From NCBI GenBank assembly GCA_964617045.1, contig CAZTVZ010000002.1, forward strand, positions 76,095 to 140,094: a stretch of 64,000 nt of DNA, read 5' to 3'. The position numbers were made by a program, and so were the translations under genes. Positions 30,054 through 40,574 of this stretch are shown here, in pieces. The notes beneath the pieces were generated by a model. That model saw nothing but the letters and a program-made list of their open reading frames with translations. It was not told the DNA's origin and made no database searches. This DNA is from an uncultured Gammaproteobacteria bacterium (GTDB taxonomy: Bacteria > Patescibacteriota > Microgenomatia > UBA8517). The stretch's first letter is position 1. Every line of letters begins with the position of its first letter.

Positions 30054-30832
30054 AATCTTATCCCAAGATATCTATTGTTGTTCCCTCATTAAATAAGGGT
30101 AGATATATTGAACAAACTCTCCAATCAATAATAGATCAAAAATACCCGAATCTTGAAGTGATCATTAAAGATGGCGGTTCGTCAGATAATTCAATTGAAA
30201 TTATTAATAAATTTATTAAGAAATATAAAAATACATTTAAATTGATTGTGAGCAAAGACAAAGGGCAATGGGACGCGATAAACAAAGGCTTTTCAATGGC
30301 AACCGGAGATTTGCTTGGATTTATTAATGCTGATGATATGTATGCAAAAAAAGCCCTGATTAATATTGTTAAGGCTTATTCTGCAAACCCCGATAGCCAA
30401 TGGTTCGCAGGAGAAGGGAAAACGGTCGATGAAATGGGTAGAGAATGTTCGACGTTCACCGATAATTATAAAAATTGGCTTCTAAAACAAAATAGGTACA
30501 AGTTTCTCCTTGCTATAAATTATTTGTTTCAACCTTCCGTGTTTATAACTAAAAAATGTTTTAAAAAATATGGACCTTTTGTTGGGGAAGGAAAATATGT
30601 AATGGAGTACGACATGTGGTTAAAGATCGCAAAAACAGAAATGCCTACTCTAATACAGAAAGTGGTTTCAGAGTTTAGACTTACAAGGGAAGGTGCTTCG
30701 ATAAAGGAATACAGGAAGCTGTTGAAGGCTGATGAAAAAATATTGGAAAATCAATCCGATGACATATTTACCAATATGGTCCACTATGTACACAACATTG
30801 CTCGGATAATAATCGTATACTTTTTTAAATGA
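30050..30832 (+). CDS. Glycosyltransferase family 2
   Basis: ATGA overlap. 'ISIVVPSLNKGRYIEQTLQSI', 'VIIKDGGSSDNS', 'INADD'. Confidence 0.7.
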   Translation: MKSYPKISIVVPSLNKGRYIEQTLQSIIDQKYPNLEVIIKDGGSSDNSIEIINKFIKKYKNTFKLIVSKDKGQWDAINKGFSMATGDLLGFINADDMYAKKALINIVKAYSANPDSQWFAGEGKTVDEMGRECSTFTDNYKNWLLKQNRYKFLLAINYLFQPSVFITKKCFKKYGPFVGEGKYVMEYDMWLKIAKTEMPTLIQKVVSEFRLTREGASIKEYRKLLKADEKILENQSDDIFTNMVHYVHNIARIIIVYFFK

Positions 30833-32286
30833 AAACTAAACTTATATTCTTTGGTATTGTGTTAATCACTCTCATTCTTTATCTACCTTCTTTTAATGTT
30901 TTTTATACGAATGATGATTTCTTTTTGTTAAAAATATCTCAAGCGAACAATATTTCTGAATTTATGAACTTTTTTAATTTTACAAAAGGGCCGGACGGAC
31001 TAGGGATGTATAGACCTTTAACGATACAAGTGTTTTATTTTCTTGCCCATTCTCTTTTTAATCTAAATCCTTTTCCGATGCATGTTGTTGTGTTTATTGT
31101 CTTTACCCTACTTCTTTATTCAATTTTCCTGTTGTCACGGAAATTGTTTGGATATTTGAAGGTTAAAAATAAAGACAATCCGAGCTTGTTGGTGGTGTTT
31201 CTTTATGCAATGTCCGCAACTCATTTCGGTCATATGTATTATCTGGCAACATTCCAAGAGGTTGCGATGACTTTATTTTCGGTCGTATGTATTTATTATT
31301 ACTTAAACTTTCTTGATAATAAGAATATAACAAGCATATTTTTATCTTTCATGATGTTTGTTTTGGCGTTGCTTTCTAAAGAAAATGCAGTCGTTATCCC
31401 TGGTTTATTATTTTCCACGTATTTATTTAGGCAGATTGCTGTTAAAGATAAAATCGTGCTGGTTAATGTTGTAAAACAACTTGCACCTTTTGCCATATTA
31501 TTGTCAATATATTTATATTTCCATTTTTTTGTGTATGGTTTGGCCACAGGGGATAGTTATGTGTGGGATTTTTCAATTAGAAAGATTTTGAATACTCTTT
31601 CGTGGTATTTACTGTGGTCGTTTAATATTCCTGAAATGTTTGTTGACTTTGTTGGACCTGGTTTGAAAATAAATCCCAATCTAATGAAATATTGGGCCGA
31701 TGAAACAACAGCAATTGTTTTAGGGTTTTTGATTATAGTTTTAACAATGGGAATTGTATTTATAAAAACTAAAACATCAAAGCAACTTTTATCCCTCTTG
31801 TTGTTTTCTGGAATGGGCTTTGTTGTATCTTTAGTTCCTGTTCTTTTTCTTCCAATTCATAAATTTACCTTTTACCTCACTCTTCCTTTGGTTTTCATTA
31901 CGATGAATGTGGCGTATTTACTAATCGAGAGAAACAAATTACTTGTATATGTTTTTGTTGTTTCCTGGTTGTTTACTTCATACAATACGCTTTGTTTGAC
32001 CAACAAAACCCATTGGATTACTCGTGGCCAAGAAATTGCGCAAGAAGTAAATAAATTTATAACCACAAATATATTAGAGTTTGAAGGAAAATCTTTAGTG
32101 TTTGTTGATACTCAAGAAGATGAGCCACTTCCATGGAGCCCAACGGAAATTGTAAAAACTGCGTTATCAAACCAAAATTACTTCGATGTATATTTTCCCA
32201 AGCAATTTATCACCATAACGTACAGTGAAACCAGCAATGAGATTATTCCTAATGCAATACACTCTAGACAATTTTTAGGTTATTAA
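30829..32286 (+). CDS. Polytopic membrane protein, putative GT-C
   Basis: ATGA overlap. 'FYTNDDFFLLKISQ' DD motif after TM1, about 11 TM segments, soluble C-terminal domain. Confidence 0.4.
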   Translation: MKTKLIFFGIVLITLILYLPSFNVFYTNDDFFLLKISQANNISEFMNFFNFTKGPDGLGMYRPLTIQVFYFLAHSLFNLNPFPMHVVVFIVFTLLLYSIFLLSRKLFGYLKVKNKDNPSLLVVFLYAMSATHFGHMYYLATFQEVAMTLFSVVCIYYYLNFLDNKNITSIFLSFMMFVLALLSKENAVVIPGLLFSTYLFRQIAVKDKIVLVNVVKQLAPFAILLSIYLYFHFFVYGLATGDSYVWDFSIRKILNTLSWYLLWSFNIPEMFVDFVGPGLKINPNLMKYWADETTAIVLGFLIIVLTMGIVFIKTKTSKQLLSLLLFSGMGFVVSLVPVLFLPIHKFTFYLTLPLVFITMNVAYLLIERNKLLVYVFVVSWLFTSYNTLCLTNKTHWITRGQEIAQEVNKFITTNILEFEGKSLVFVDTQEDEPLPWSPTEIVKTALSNQNYFDVYFPKQFITITYSETSNEIIPNAIHSRQFLGY

Positions 32287-32292
32287 AGATAT

Positions 32293-33087
32293 ATGGATAC
32301 TAATCAAATTAAAACATATGAAAGTCTTTACAAGAGAAAAGAGTTTCGCAATTTGGATTTGTCAGATTACAAAATTACTGATGGTGAAATTATTCATGGA
32401 AAGAAAGTTCTTGTAGTTGGTATCGGAACTGCAAGAGATATCCGTTACTTATTAGGTAAAAATACAGTATGGGGAATCGATAATTCAACTGAAGCAGTTC
32501 GTTTCTCCAAAAAATTGGGTATAAATGCTACTGTTGGTAATGTTGAAGAAAAGCTTCCTTATATCAAAGATTATTTTGACATAGTGGTAATAAAAGATGT
32601 ACTTGAGCATGTTGATGATTCGGTTTCACTGCTTAAAGAATGTCGTAGGGTATTAAATAAAAATGGTTATATTGTTGCAAGTGTTCCTAATCATTTTTAT
32701 TTTCCTTTTAGAATAAGAATACTTTTTGGGAGCAACATGATATGGAAAAGTATCGGTCACGATCATACGAAGTTGTTTGATGAATGGAATTATATGCATA
32801 AGCGTTTTTTTACATGGAGAGGTTTTAATAAAATGATAACAATAAGTGGCTTAAAGATTGTCAAATCGTATTGGGACTTCGGAACACTTGCACACTACAA
32901 TCAACCAGATATTGTATTAAGGTACTTATCTCAAATCAAACTCAAGAATACACTTCTGTTAAATGTGTTAAAACTATCATGGAAGGTATTTTGTTTAATA
33001 TTTCCCTCTACAGTTAGATCAAAAATTGTATCATTAAGTCCAGATTTATTATGTGCAGGTTTTTACTCGCATTTAAAGAAAAAATAA
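32293..33087 (+). CDS. Class I SAM-dependent methyltransferase
   Basis: 'VLVVGIGTARDI' motif I, 'VWGIDNS', 'FDIVVIKDVLEHV'. Confidence 0.65.
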   Translation: MDTNQIKTYESLYKRKEFRNLDLSDYKITDGEIIHGKKVLVVGIGTARDIRYLLGKNTVWGIDNSTEAVRFSKKLGINATVGNVEEKLPYIKDYFDIVVIKDVLEHVDDSVSLLKECRRVLNKNGYIVASVPNHFYFPFRIRILFGSNMIWKSIGHDHTKLFDEWNYMHKRFFTWRGFNKMITISGLKIVKSYWDFGTLAHYNQPDIVLRYLSQIKLKNTLLLNVLKLSWKVFCLIFPSTVRSKIVSLSPDLLCAGFYSHLKKK

Positions 33088-34010
33088 AACACCATCTACC
33101 CCTATTATGTTTAGGAACATTATTTGGTATATATCTTACGTTCAATATCCTTGAAACGTATTATTTCCCGGGCCTTGTAAAAAAATACTTGTTTTTTCCA
33201 AAAGAAATAGTTTTAATCCCCTTTTATTATTTTGTGATTCTCTTTGGCAAACAATTAAAAGAAGTAAGGATATTATTTCCGATTTTAAAGATGTTGCTGT
33301 TGATTTTGGCAGCAATATTTCTGACATTATTAGCTATCGAATCAATATACTATTCAAATTATGTGCTGAAAACATACCATATACACATCATTGAAGTGCT
33401 AAATCTTTTTACATTTTTTGGAATGATATTCATATTGATAAATAATACGAAAATTATCAAATTATTTATCAAGAGCAAAGCTTATCTTATTCGCATTTTG
33501 ACAATAGTATCAGTTGTTACCATAGCGATATATTTACATATTAATTTTGTTAGCACAATGAATTATGGTCTTGGAGAATTAATGTTTATTATCAAAAATA
33601 GTAATTACGATTATGAACAAAAAAGAGCTTATCGTTGGAGGGATATAGATGCGTATATTGATTTAATAATTAACAATACTCCTCCAGATGCGATTATATT
33701 AATTCCACCACTAACTGAAAAATGGCAAACAATCGGGAATGGTGCAGTTGTCAAATATTTTATTCGACCACGAAAAACTGTGAATGGTGATTTTTCAGAA
33801 AAATTTGCATATTTCGATTGTGCACTTTTTGTTAGCGGGGAATATTATATTGAAACAAGAATGTTCAATATTTGGCCGAACCAAAAACATGATGCTAAAA
33901 GAATAATATTTTTTAATAATTTAACAAAATCGTATCAAGAAATATTCTCAAACTATTATCCTGATGACACAAGATATTCGAACACTTACGGACTTTTTTG
34001 CGTGAATTAA
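33051..34010 (+). CDS. Hypothetical membrane-anchored protein
   Basis: 319 aa with N-terminal TM segments and a soluble C-terminal region ('RWRDIDAYIDLIINNTPPDAIILIPP'). No recognisable family. Start uncertain; it overlaps the upstream gene by 37 nt. Confidence 0.3.
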   Translation: MCRFLLAFKEKIKHHLPLLCLGTLFGIYLTFNILETYYFPGLVKKYLFFPKEIVLIPFYYFVILFGKQLKEVRILFPILKMLLLILAAIFLTLLAIESIYYSNYVLKTYHIHIIEVLNLFTFFGMIFILINNTKIIKLFIKSKAYLIRILTIVSVVTIAIYLHINFVSTMNYGLGELMFIIKNSNYDYEQKRAYRWRDIDAYIDLIINNTPPDAIILIPPLTEKWQTIGNGAVVKYFIRPRKTVNGDFSEKFAYFDCALFVSGEYYIETRMFNIWPNQKHDAKRIIFFNNLTKSYQEIFSNYYPDDTRYSNTYGLFCVN

Positions 34011-34011
34011 T

Positions 34012-35304
34012 ATGTTTACTCTTTTACTAATTGTTCAAATGTTTTTAGGTAGTCTAATCGTAAAAAGCATTAACAAATCTGCCAAATTGATAGAGATCTT
34101 GGGATTGGGATTTTTTGTTGGTCATGGATTATATTCGTTGGTGTTATTTCTACTTTTATATTTAGGTTTAAAACCAAACATTGCCAGTAGCGTCTTTGCA
34201 ATTTTTATATTGATTACGGCATCAACATTGTCTTATCTATTATCTAAACCAATAACCAATCATATTAGTACTAAATTTAATTTCAAAAATAAATTGGGGA
34301 AAACCAAACCATTATTGTATTTGATATTGTTCGTGATTGCCCTTTCTCTTGTTAGTAACATATATTGGCCCCCTTTTGACTGGGATTCTGCGGCACTTTA
34401 TGACATGCGAGCGTTAAAGATAATCGAGATGGGCTCGCTTGATGCAATAAATGGTGAGTTTTATTACTTGACTTATCCCTTTTTCACAACAATGAGCCAT
34501 TTGTCGGCTTATGTAATGGGTGCAAAAAATCCAAGTTGTTTGTATACAATTTATTTATCACTTTATTTATCATGCTTATTCTGTGTTTATAAGTTGAAGA
34601 GTTTGTTTCCATTGGTTCTTATTGTTTTAAATACACTAATATTTCAGCATTCAACAATGGCTTATACAAATCTACCCTACACGATATATTTTACATTATC
34701 TGTAGCATACCTATATAAATGGTTAAAAACGAAAACCATTTCTTATCTATATTTGTCTTCATTATTACTTCCATTGAGTTATTGGACAAGGAGTTTTGAG
34801 CCATTTTGGATTTTGCCAATTTTGTGTGTTTTATATATGAGTATAAGAAATCGACAAATATATCCACTTATTACATACACTTTACCATTATTTGTAGTAA
34901 TGTATTTTTGGAAAAAATATTTGATATTATCTGGAATTCCTACTGGAGGTGCTCTTACGGAATATGGGGGATTATTCTCAAAACTCAATTATTCATCTAT
35001 TGTGCTTTCAGATTCAGTCAAATATATTATAGAAAATTTGTTGTTTCCAAATTTCTTATTAATAATAATCTATATTGCGTCAACTATTATTAAATTATTA
35101 AAAAACAAGAATCTCAATATTATTGACTATTTTATATTTGGAATCGTAGCGATTTGTTTTGCCGGAACGTATCTATATAGATTAAATGGGATATATGATG
35201 ATTGGATCCAGTTGGGTGAATCGTACAAAAGAATATCTATGATTTTTGTTCCATTATTTTCGATTCAAATATATATTAATATATTTAAAAGCACTCATGA
35301 ATAA
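34012..35304 (+). CDS. Polytopic membrane protein, ArnT/GT-C-like
   Basis: First loop 'WPPFDWDSAALYDMRALKIIEMGSLD' is the same D..A.R......G motif class as 4941.., 38961.. and 47474... About 11 TM segments. Confidence 0.4.
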   Translation: MFTLLLIVQMFLGSLIVKSINKSAKLIEILGLGFFVGHGLYSLVLFLLLYLGLKPNIASSVFAIFILITASTLSYLLSKPITNHISTKFNFKNKLGKTKPLLYLILFVIALSLVSNIYWPPFDWDSAALYDMRALKIIEMGSLDAINGEFYYLTYPFFTTMSHLSAYVMGAKNPSCLYTIYLSLYLSCLFCVYKLKSLFPLVLIVLNTLIFQHSTMAYTNLPYTIYFTLSVAYLYKWLKTKTISYLYLSSLLLPLSYWTRSFEPFWILPILCVLYMSIRNRQIYPLITYTLPLFVVMYFWKKYLILSGIPTGGALTEYGGLFSKLNYSSIVLSDSVKYIIENLLFPNFLLIIIYIASTIIKLLKNKNLNIIDYFIFGIVAICFAGTYLYRLNGIYDDWIQLGESYKRISMIFVPLFSIQIYINIFKSTHE

Positions 35305-36091
35305 ACCCTTTTTTTCAATAATCACTTGCACTCTGAATAGTGATCAATACATCAATAAAAATATCCAATCTGTACGTAGTCAATGTTTTAAAAATTACGA
35401 ACATATAATAATTGATGGATATTCAAAGGATTTAACAATGGATATTATAAACAGATATCGATTCGCTGATAATCAGAAGGTAATTGTAAAAAAGCAAAAA
35501 CCAAAAGGTGTTACAGCGGCATTCAACAAAGGAATTGGTGTGTCTAAGGGTAAATATGTAATCCATCTTAATTCTGATGATTATTTATACGATAATAACG
35601 TGCTGAATGATGTCTATATATATCTAAAAAAGAACACTCATCTTGATTGGATATTCGGTAAAGTAGTCGTACGAACAAAAAAAGGAGTAAAAATTGGCAC
35701 GATTCCACATTTCAATTTTATGGGTAAATATGGAAAATTTATCTTAAGAATGATTAACGTGGTACCTCATCAATCAGTGTTTATTAAAAAGGATATATTT
35801 AATAAATTTGGTTTATTTGATCGAAATATAAAATACCTCCCTGATTATGAATATTGGTTGAGAATTTGCAATAAAACAAAATGGGAATTCCTTGACCGTG
35901 TAATAGCAGTATTCATTGCTAGGCATAATTCGGTATCGATGTCTGAAAGAAATATGGTTAAAAACAAAATTGAAACAATAAAATATCATACAAAATATTG
36001 CTCATCTTTTGAGAGTATCTTATTCCAAATTATTAATTATAATTTCATTATTAAAACAATAAGAAAACTTAGAAACAATTTTGTTTTATGA
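35297..36091 (+). CDS. Glycosyltransferase family 2
   Basis: ATG at 35297 gives 'MNKPFFSIITCTLNSDQYI' (8-nt overlap). 'IIIDGYSKDLT', 'LNSDD'. Confidence 0.7.
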   Translation: MNKPFFSIITCTLNSDQYINKNIQSVRSQCFKNYEHIIIDGYSKDLTMDIINRYRFADNQKVIVKKQKPKGVTAAFNKGIGVSKGKYVIHLNSDDYLYDNNVLNDVYIYLKKNTHLDWIFGKVVVRTKKGVKIGTIPHFNFMGKYGKFILRMINVVPHQSVFIKKDIFNKFGLFDRNIKYLPDYEYWLRICNKTKWEFLDRVIAVFIARHNSVSMSERNMVKNKIETIKYHTKYCSSFESILFQIINYNFIIKTIRKLRNNFVL

Positions 36092-36810
36092 AATCAGTAA
36101 GTAAAAAAACCAAGTTAAAAAATAGATATTCAATCGTTATGGATTATTTATTACGAATAATTTTGCCTCGACAAGCTTATGGGGTATTCCATATAATGAG
36201 AATAATATTGAAAGAATACGGATATTGGAACAGTATAAAAAATAAATGCATCACCGATAAAGATGGAAGATATATTCCATGGTTTACTTACCCAGCTTAT
36301 GAATTCATTAACTCACTTGATCTAAAAAATAAAACAGTATTTGAATGGGGCTCTGGGCACTCAACAGTATATTGGTCAAAAAAGTGCAAAAGTGTTACAA
36401 GTGTTGAGGATAATAAAGAGTGGTATGAAAAAATTTCCCGATTTCTTAATAGGTGTAAAAATGTAAATCTAATATTCTCTAAAGACAAAGAAGAATATCT
36501 GGATTCGATTAAAGCTGCTAATTTTAGTTATGATTTAATTATTATCGATGGGTCTTATCGAATTGAGTGTTTAAAAAAGGCTGTCGGTTTAATAAATGAT
36601 GGCGGATTCATAATATTTGACAATTCTGATTGGTATGAAAAACCAATTAATGAAATAATAAGAAATGCTTGGTTAAAAATTGATTTCAATGGTTTCTCTC
36701 CAACGAATGAATATACTTCAAGAACCTCAATATTATTCTCTGTAAAATCATCATTGAAACAAAAAAATAGATACCAAACGATTGGCGGAATAAAGGCAAA
36801 TTTGAATTAA
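36088..36810 (+). CDS. Class I methyltransferase-like protein (O-methyltransferase-type fold, tentative)
   Basis: ATGA overlap. 'VFEWGSGHSTVYW' (Gly-rich motif I-like) and 'YDLIIIDGS' (motif resembling the catechol-OMT 'DFVFIDADK'). Confidence 0.4.
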   Translation: MKSVSKKTKLKNRYSIVMDYLLRIILPRQAYGVFHIMRIILKEYGYWNSIKNKCITDKDGRYIPWFTYPAYEFINSLDLKNKTVFEWGSGHSTVYWSKKCKSVTSVEDNKEWYEKISRFLNRCKNVNLIFSKDKEEYLDSIKAANFSYDLIIIDGSYRIECLKKAVGLINDGGFIIFDNSDWYEKPINEIIRNAWLKIDFNGFSPTNEYTSRTSILFSVKSSLKQKNRYQTIGGIKANLN

Positions 36811-37718
36811 TGATTTATTCAAGAAAAACAAAAGTCCCCGTATTGTTGATTATATATAACAGACCTCAGTATACAAAAAAAATATTGAAATCTATAAATA
36901 AATATGGCCCTTCAATCTTATATATAGCCGCAGATGGGTGGAAAGACAAAGAGGATAGATATAAATGCCTAAGTGCAAGAAATCAAACAAATCATTTTAA
37001 ATGGGGTTGTCCCATAGAAACAGTCTTCCGCAAAAAAAATTTAGGATGTGGAAAGGCAGTTTCTAAGGCGATAACATGGTTTTTTAAAAACAACACCAAA
37101 GGTATTATTCTCGAAGACGATTGTCTGCCCAATGAAGATTTTTATTATTATTGTGACCAAATGTTGAATCGATATGAGTATAACGGAAAAATTATGCACA
37201 TTAGTGGTGTTAATTATTTACCCAATAAATTGAAAAAAAGAAATGGATACTATTTTTCGAAAATGACACATGTTTGGGGGTGGGCCACATGGAGACGGGC
37301 TTGGCGAAAATATGATTATAAAATGACCAGATGGGGCACATCAATAACAAAAAATACATTTTCAAATAATTATGACGTACTTCATGAACGTAATTACTGG
37401 TCATCAATATTTGACATAGTAAAAAAGAGGAAGATAGATACTTGGGATTATCAATGGCTCTATTCATGTTGGGTTAATGAAGGCTTATCAATAAATCCAG
37501 GTGTAAATCTCGTAAAAAACATTGGAATTGAAAAAGACGGGACACACACAAAAAATAAAATAAATGGAATTGAAAACAAACTCGAAAAATTTTCATATCC
37601 ACTTAAAAACCCTAGTGTTGTTGCAAGAGATATTAATAGGGACAGATATGTTATTGAAAATATATTTAGACCAAAATTCTATTCTTCACTATATTTGAAG
37701 ATAAGATATTTTCTATGA
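36810..37718 (+). CDS. GnT-I-like (GT13-like) glycosyltransferase
   Basis: TAATG overlap. 'VPVLLIIYNRPQYTKKILKSI' and 'IILEDDCLPNEDFYYY' resemble the GnT-I N-terminal and 'EDD' catalytic-region motifs. Confidence 0.45.
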   Translation: MIYSRKTKVPVLLIIYNRPQYTKKILKSINKYGPSILYIAADGWKDKEDRYKCLSARNQTNHFKWGCPIETVFRKKNLGCGKAVSKAITWFFKNNTKGIILEDDCLPNEDFYYYCDQMLNRYEYNGKIMHISGVNYLPNKLKKRNGYYFSKMTHVWGWATWRRAWRKYDYKMTRWGTSITKNTFSNNYDVLHERNYWSSIFDIVKKRKIDTWDYQWLYSCWVNEGLSINPGVNLVKNIGIEKDGTHTKNKINGIENKLEKFSYPLKNPSVVARDINRDRYVIENIFRPKFYSSLYLKIRYFL

Positions 37719-38980
37719 AAAATAATAATAAAGTATTAAAAATAGTATATGTAAACACTTTTGACAAAATTGGAGGAGCGGCAAGAGTAATGATGGATTT
37801 GAAAAAGTGTTTAGAAAACAAATGTTCAATCAAAGTACTTGTCGGATATAAAATGTCCGATGACAAAAATATTAATATAGTAAATCAAACAATTATTGTA
37901 AAAAACAATAAACTGTATAAAATTTTGCAAAAAATTATTTATAAAATTCGATATTTAAGATCCTTTTTATTCTCAAACGATATTGACTGCTTTTCAAACG
38001 ATTCTTTGATTAACCATCCATGGATAAAAGAAGCTGACATTGTTCATTTTCATAATATTCACGGTAATTATATTAATATCGAATCACTAAATATTATATC
38101 CAAATCTAAACCAATCATATTGACCACGCATGATTTATGGTCAATGACCGCCCACTGTGGAACCTGCGAAAAATGCAAAAATTGGAATAAGGGAAAGCAT
38201 TTTACCCCTGGCTTATTTCACTATCAAGGAATGCTTTGCGATAACAAGGAATACTTGTGGAATAAGAAAAAAAACATATTCAACAGATCAGTTAAATGTT
38301 TTGTTTTACCTTCTAGGTGGATTCAGAATAAATATTACAAAAGTTATCTTTCAAAATGTAATAATATTGTAATAAATAATGGTGTCCAAATTGTAGCGAA
38401 AAAATATACCAGTAAATCAATAGCCAGACGAAATCTTAATTTGCCGAACAGAAAGACTTTGTTGTTTATTGCAAACGGAGGAAGAAATAATCCATCAAAA
38501 GGTGGAGATATTGTGACAAAGTTATCTTTAAAAGAAAAATATAAAAATGTTAACTTTTTGATTATTGGAGAAAAAGAAAGCAAACGTATTAACAACATGG
38601 TAATTTTGCCTTATCTTGATCACAAAAAATTGAGCGAATATTACATGGCTTCTGATATATTCTTATTTCCATCTCTTGCAGAAAATTTTCCCCTTGTTAC
38701 CCTCGAGGCAATGTCGTACGGCTTACCAATTGTATCTTTTGGTGTTGGAGGTATCCCAGAACAAGTAGTCCATAAAGTTAATGGTTACATTTCAAAATAT
38801 AAAGACATTCAAGATTTAACGAATGGCATCGATTATTATTTGCGAATGTCAAAAAAAGACCTTGAACATGTTGGAAAAATCAATATAAGAAAAGTAAAGA
38901 AATATTATTCTAACAAAAAAATGGCAAATGAATATTACAAACTATATATGAAGACGAAAAATGCGAAAACACATATTTAA
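37715..38980 (+). CDS. Glycosyltransferase family 4
   Basis: ATGA overlap. 'LAENFPLVTLEAMSYGLPIVSFGVGGIPE'. Confidence 0.7.
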   Translation: MKNNNKVLKIVYVNTFDKIGGAARVMMDLKKCLENKCSIKVLVGYKMSDDKNINIVNQTIIVKNNKLYKILQKIIYKIRYLRSFLFSNDIDCFSNDSLINHPWIKEADIVHFHNIHGNYINIESLNIISKSKPIILTTHDLWSMTAHCGTCEKCKNWNKGKHFTPGLFHYQGMLCDNKEYLWNKKKNIFNRSVKCFVLPSRWIQNKYYKSYLSKCNNIVINNGVQIVAKKYTSKSIARRNLNLPNRKTLLFIANGGRNNPSKGGDIVTKLSLKEKYKNVNFLIIGEKESKRINNMVILPYLDHKKLSEYYMASDIFLFPSLAENFPLVTLEAMSYGLPIVSFGVGGIPEQVVHKVNGYISKYKDIQDLTNGIDYYLRMSKKDLEHVGKINIRKVKKYYSNKKMANEYYKLYMKTKNAKTHI

Positions 38981-40574
38981 TATAATTTCAATATCTATTC
39001 TATTTTTTATTTGGATATTAACCTCTAGTTATTTCAGAAGTCACAACTATTTGGAATTTTCCGATGGAGCAAAATACGCTTCAATTGCAAAAAATTATGT
39101 TGAAGGTAGGGGTTTGAGCAATAGTTTTAGTTTTTTTTATTCCAATTTGATAGTTGATCCTAATTCTAATACTTTTAATCTTTCAGGAATTGAACCTGTA
39201 TATCCGCTTGTTATGTCCTTGACCTTCAAGTTGTTCGGAATTAATGATAATTCAGTTATATTAACCTCTTCAATATTTTTGTTTACCACATCTCTTTTGA
39301 TATTTTTGATAGCAGTACAATTTAACAAAAAGTTTCTTGGTCTACTTGCTGGAATTTCAATTCTTTTGGATATAAATTTTGGAACATATTCTATTGGGGG
39401 TGGTATGGAAACATTTTTTACTACCCTAATTCTATTCCTTTTCTGGCTTATTCTTAAACAAAGAATGATTACCGACTACTTAGCGATTTTAGTTTCACTT
39501 GTTATGTATTTTACTAAACAACAAGCATTTATATATATTACAGGTGCTTTGTTGCTATATTTGCTCTTGAACAACAAATATAAATTAGCAATTATCAAAA
39601 TTGCAATTATTAGCATCGGCTTCTTAATATTTGACGCACTTATATTAACAAAGATTAATGGCAAATATTATTTGTATTCGATTCTTTTTCAAGGAATAAA
39701 TGTTATTCAAAGTGTAGCCACAGATCCAAATGCGACATCCTTGTTAAGGGGGGGTGCTGGTAGCAAGATTGAACTGAAATTTGTGATTACAAATATTTTT
39801 TATAACTTATATAATTTTTATAAATTACTACCCAATATTGGATCCCCATACTTGTTTGCATTATTTGTTTTAGGTCTATTATGTAAATTTAAAAATAATC
39901 GTTACAGGTTGTTTGTGCATTCTGTTCTATTTACAATATTATTAACAATAATTGTTACATCATCTTCAATACCCCTTTATAGGTATTTGCACCCAGTATT
40001 GCCATTAGGATATTTACTCGGCATTATAATGTTGGGAAAAATGGTTGAACTAATTAACAAACATAACTGTTATGCAAATTTATATAAATTCAAATACTTA
40101 ATTTTGCTCACGTTGGTGTTCGTTTTTTCTTATGGTAAAACGTTGGGTCATCTATTTCTGGACTCTAGATTTTCGAGTAAAATTTATGACAAAAACAAGC
40201 CCCCAATTTATGTCCGGTTGGCATCGGAGGTAAAAAATAAAATACCCAATACTTCGATAGTTCTTACAAACCTAGATACATGGGGGAGTTGGTATGGCAA
40301 CAAAAGCACAGTTTGGTACCCATTCAAACCTGAAATGATAAAGCCCGAGGATGGACAAAAAAACATTTATAATGCAATTTATTTGACATCATATTTGATG
40401 GATGACAATAACTATTATATGGGTGATGAATGGAGGCAAATTTTTTACAATCCAGAAAACATCGAAAATGATTTTATTCGCGAAAATTACCAACTAAAAG
40501 AGATAATCGAAATACCGGCAGAAGAAACATATGAAAAACAAGCAGCCAGAGCAGTTCTTCTTGTAAGAAAATGA
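38961..40574 (+). CDS. Polytopic membrane protein, ArnT/GT83-like GT-C
   Basis: 'FSDGAKYASIAKNYVEGRGL' (D-x-x-K/R-Y-A-x-I-A motif as in ArnT), about 12 TM segments, soluble C-terminal domain. Confidence 0.45.
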   Translation: MRKHIFNIISISILFFIWILTSSYFRSHNYLEFSDGAKYASIAKNYVEGRGLSNSFSFFYSNLIVDPNSNTFNLSGIEPVYPLVMSLTFKLFGINDNSVILTSSIFLFTTSLLIFLIAVQFNKKFLGLLAGISILLDINFGTYSIGGGMETFFTTLILFLFWLILKQRMITDYLAILVSLVMYFTKQQAFIYITGALLLYLLLNNKYKLAIIKIAIISIGFLIFDALILTKINGKYYLYSILFQGINVIQSVATDPNATSLLRGGAGSKIELKFVITNIFYNLYNFYKLLPNIGSPYLFALFVLGLLCKFKNNRYRLFVHSVLFTILLTIIVTSSSIPLYRYLHPVLPLGYLLGIIMLGKMVELINKHNCYANLYKFKYLILLTLVFVFSYGKTLGHLFLDSRFSSKIYDKNKPPIYVRLASEVKNKIPNTSIVLTNLDTWGSWYGNKSTVWYPFKPEMIKPEDGQKNIYNAIYLTSYLMDDNNYYMGDEWRQIFYNPENIENDFIRENYQLKEIIEIPAEETYEKQAARAVLLVRK

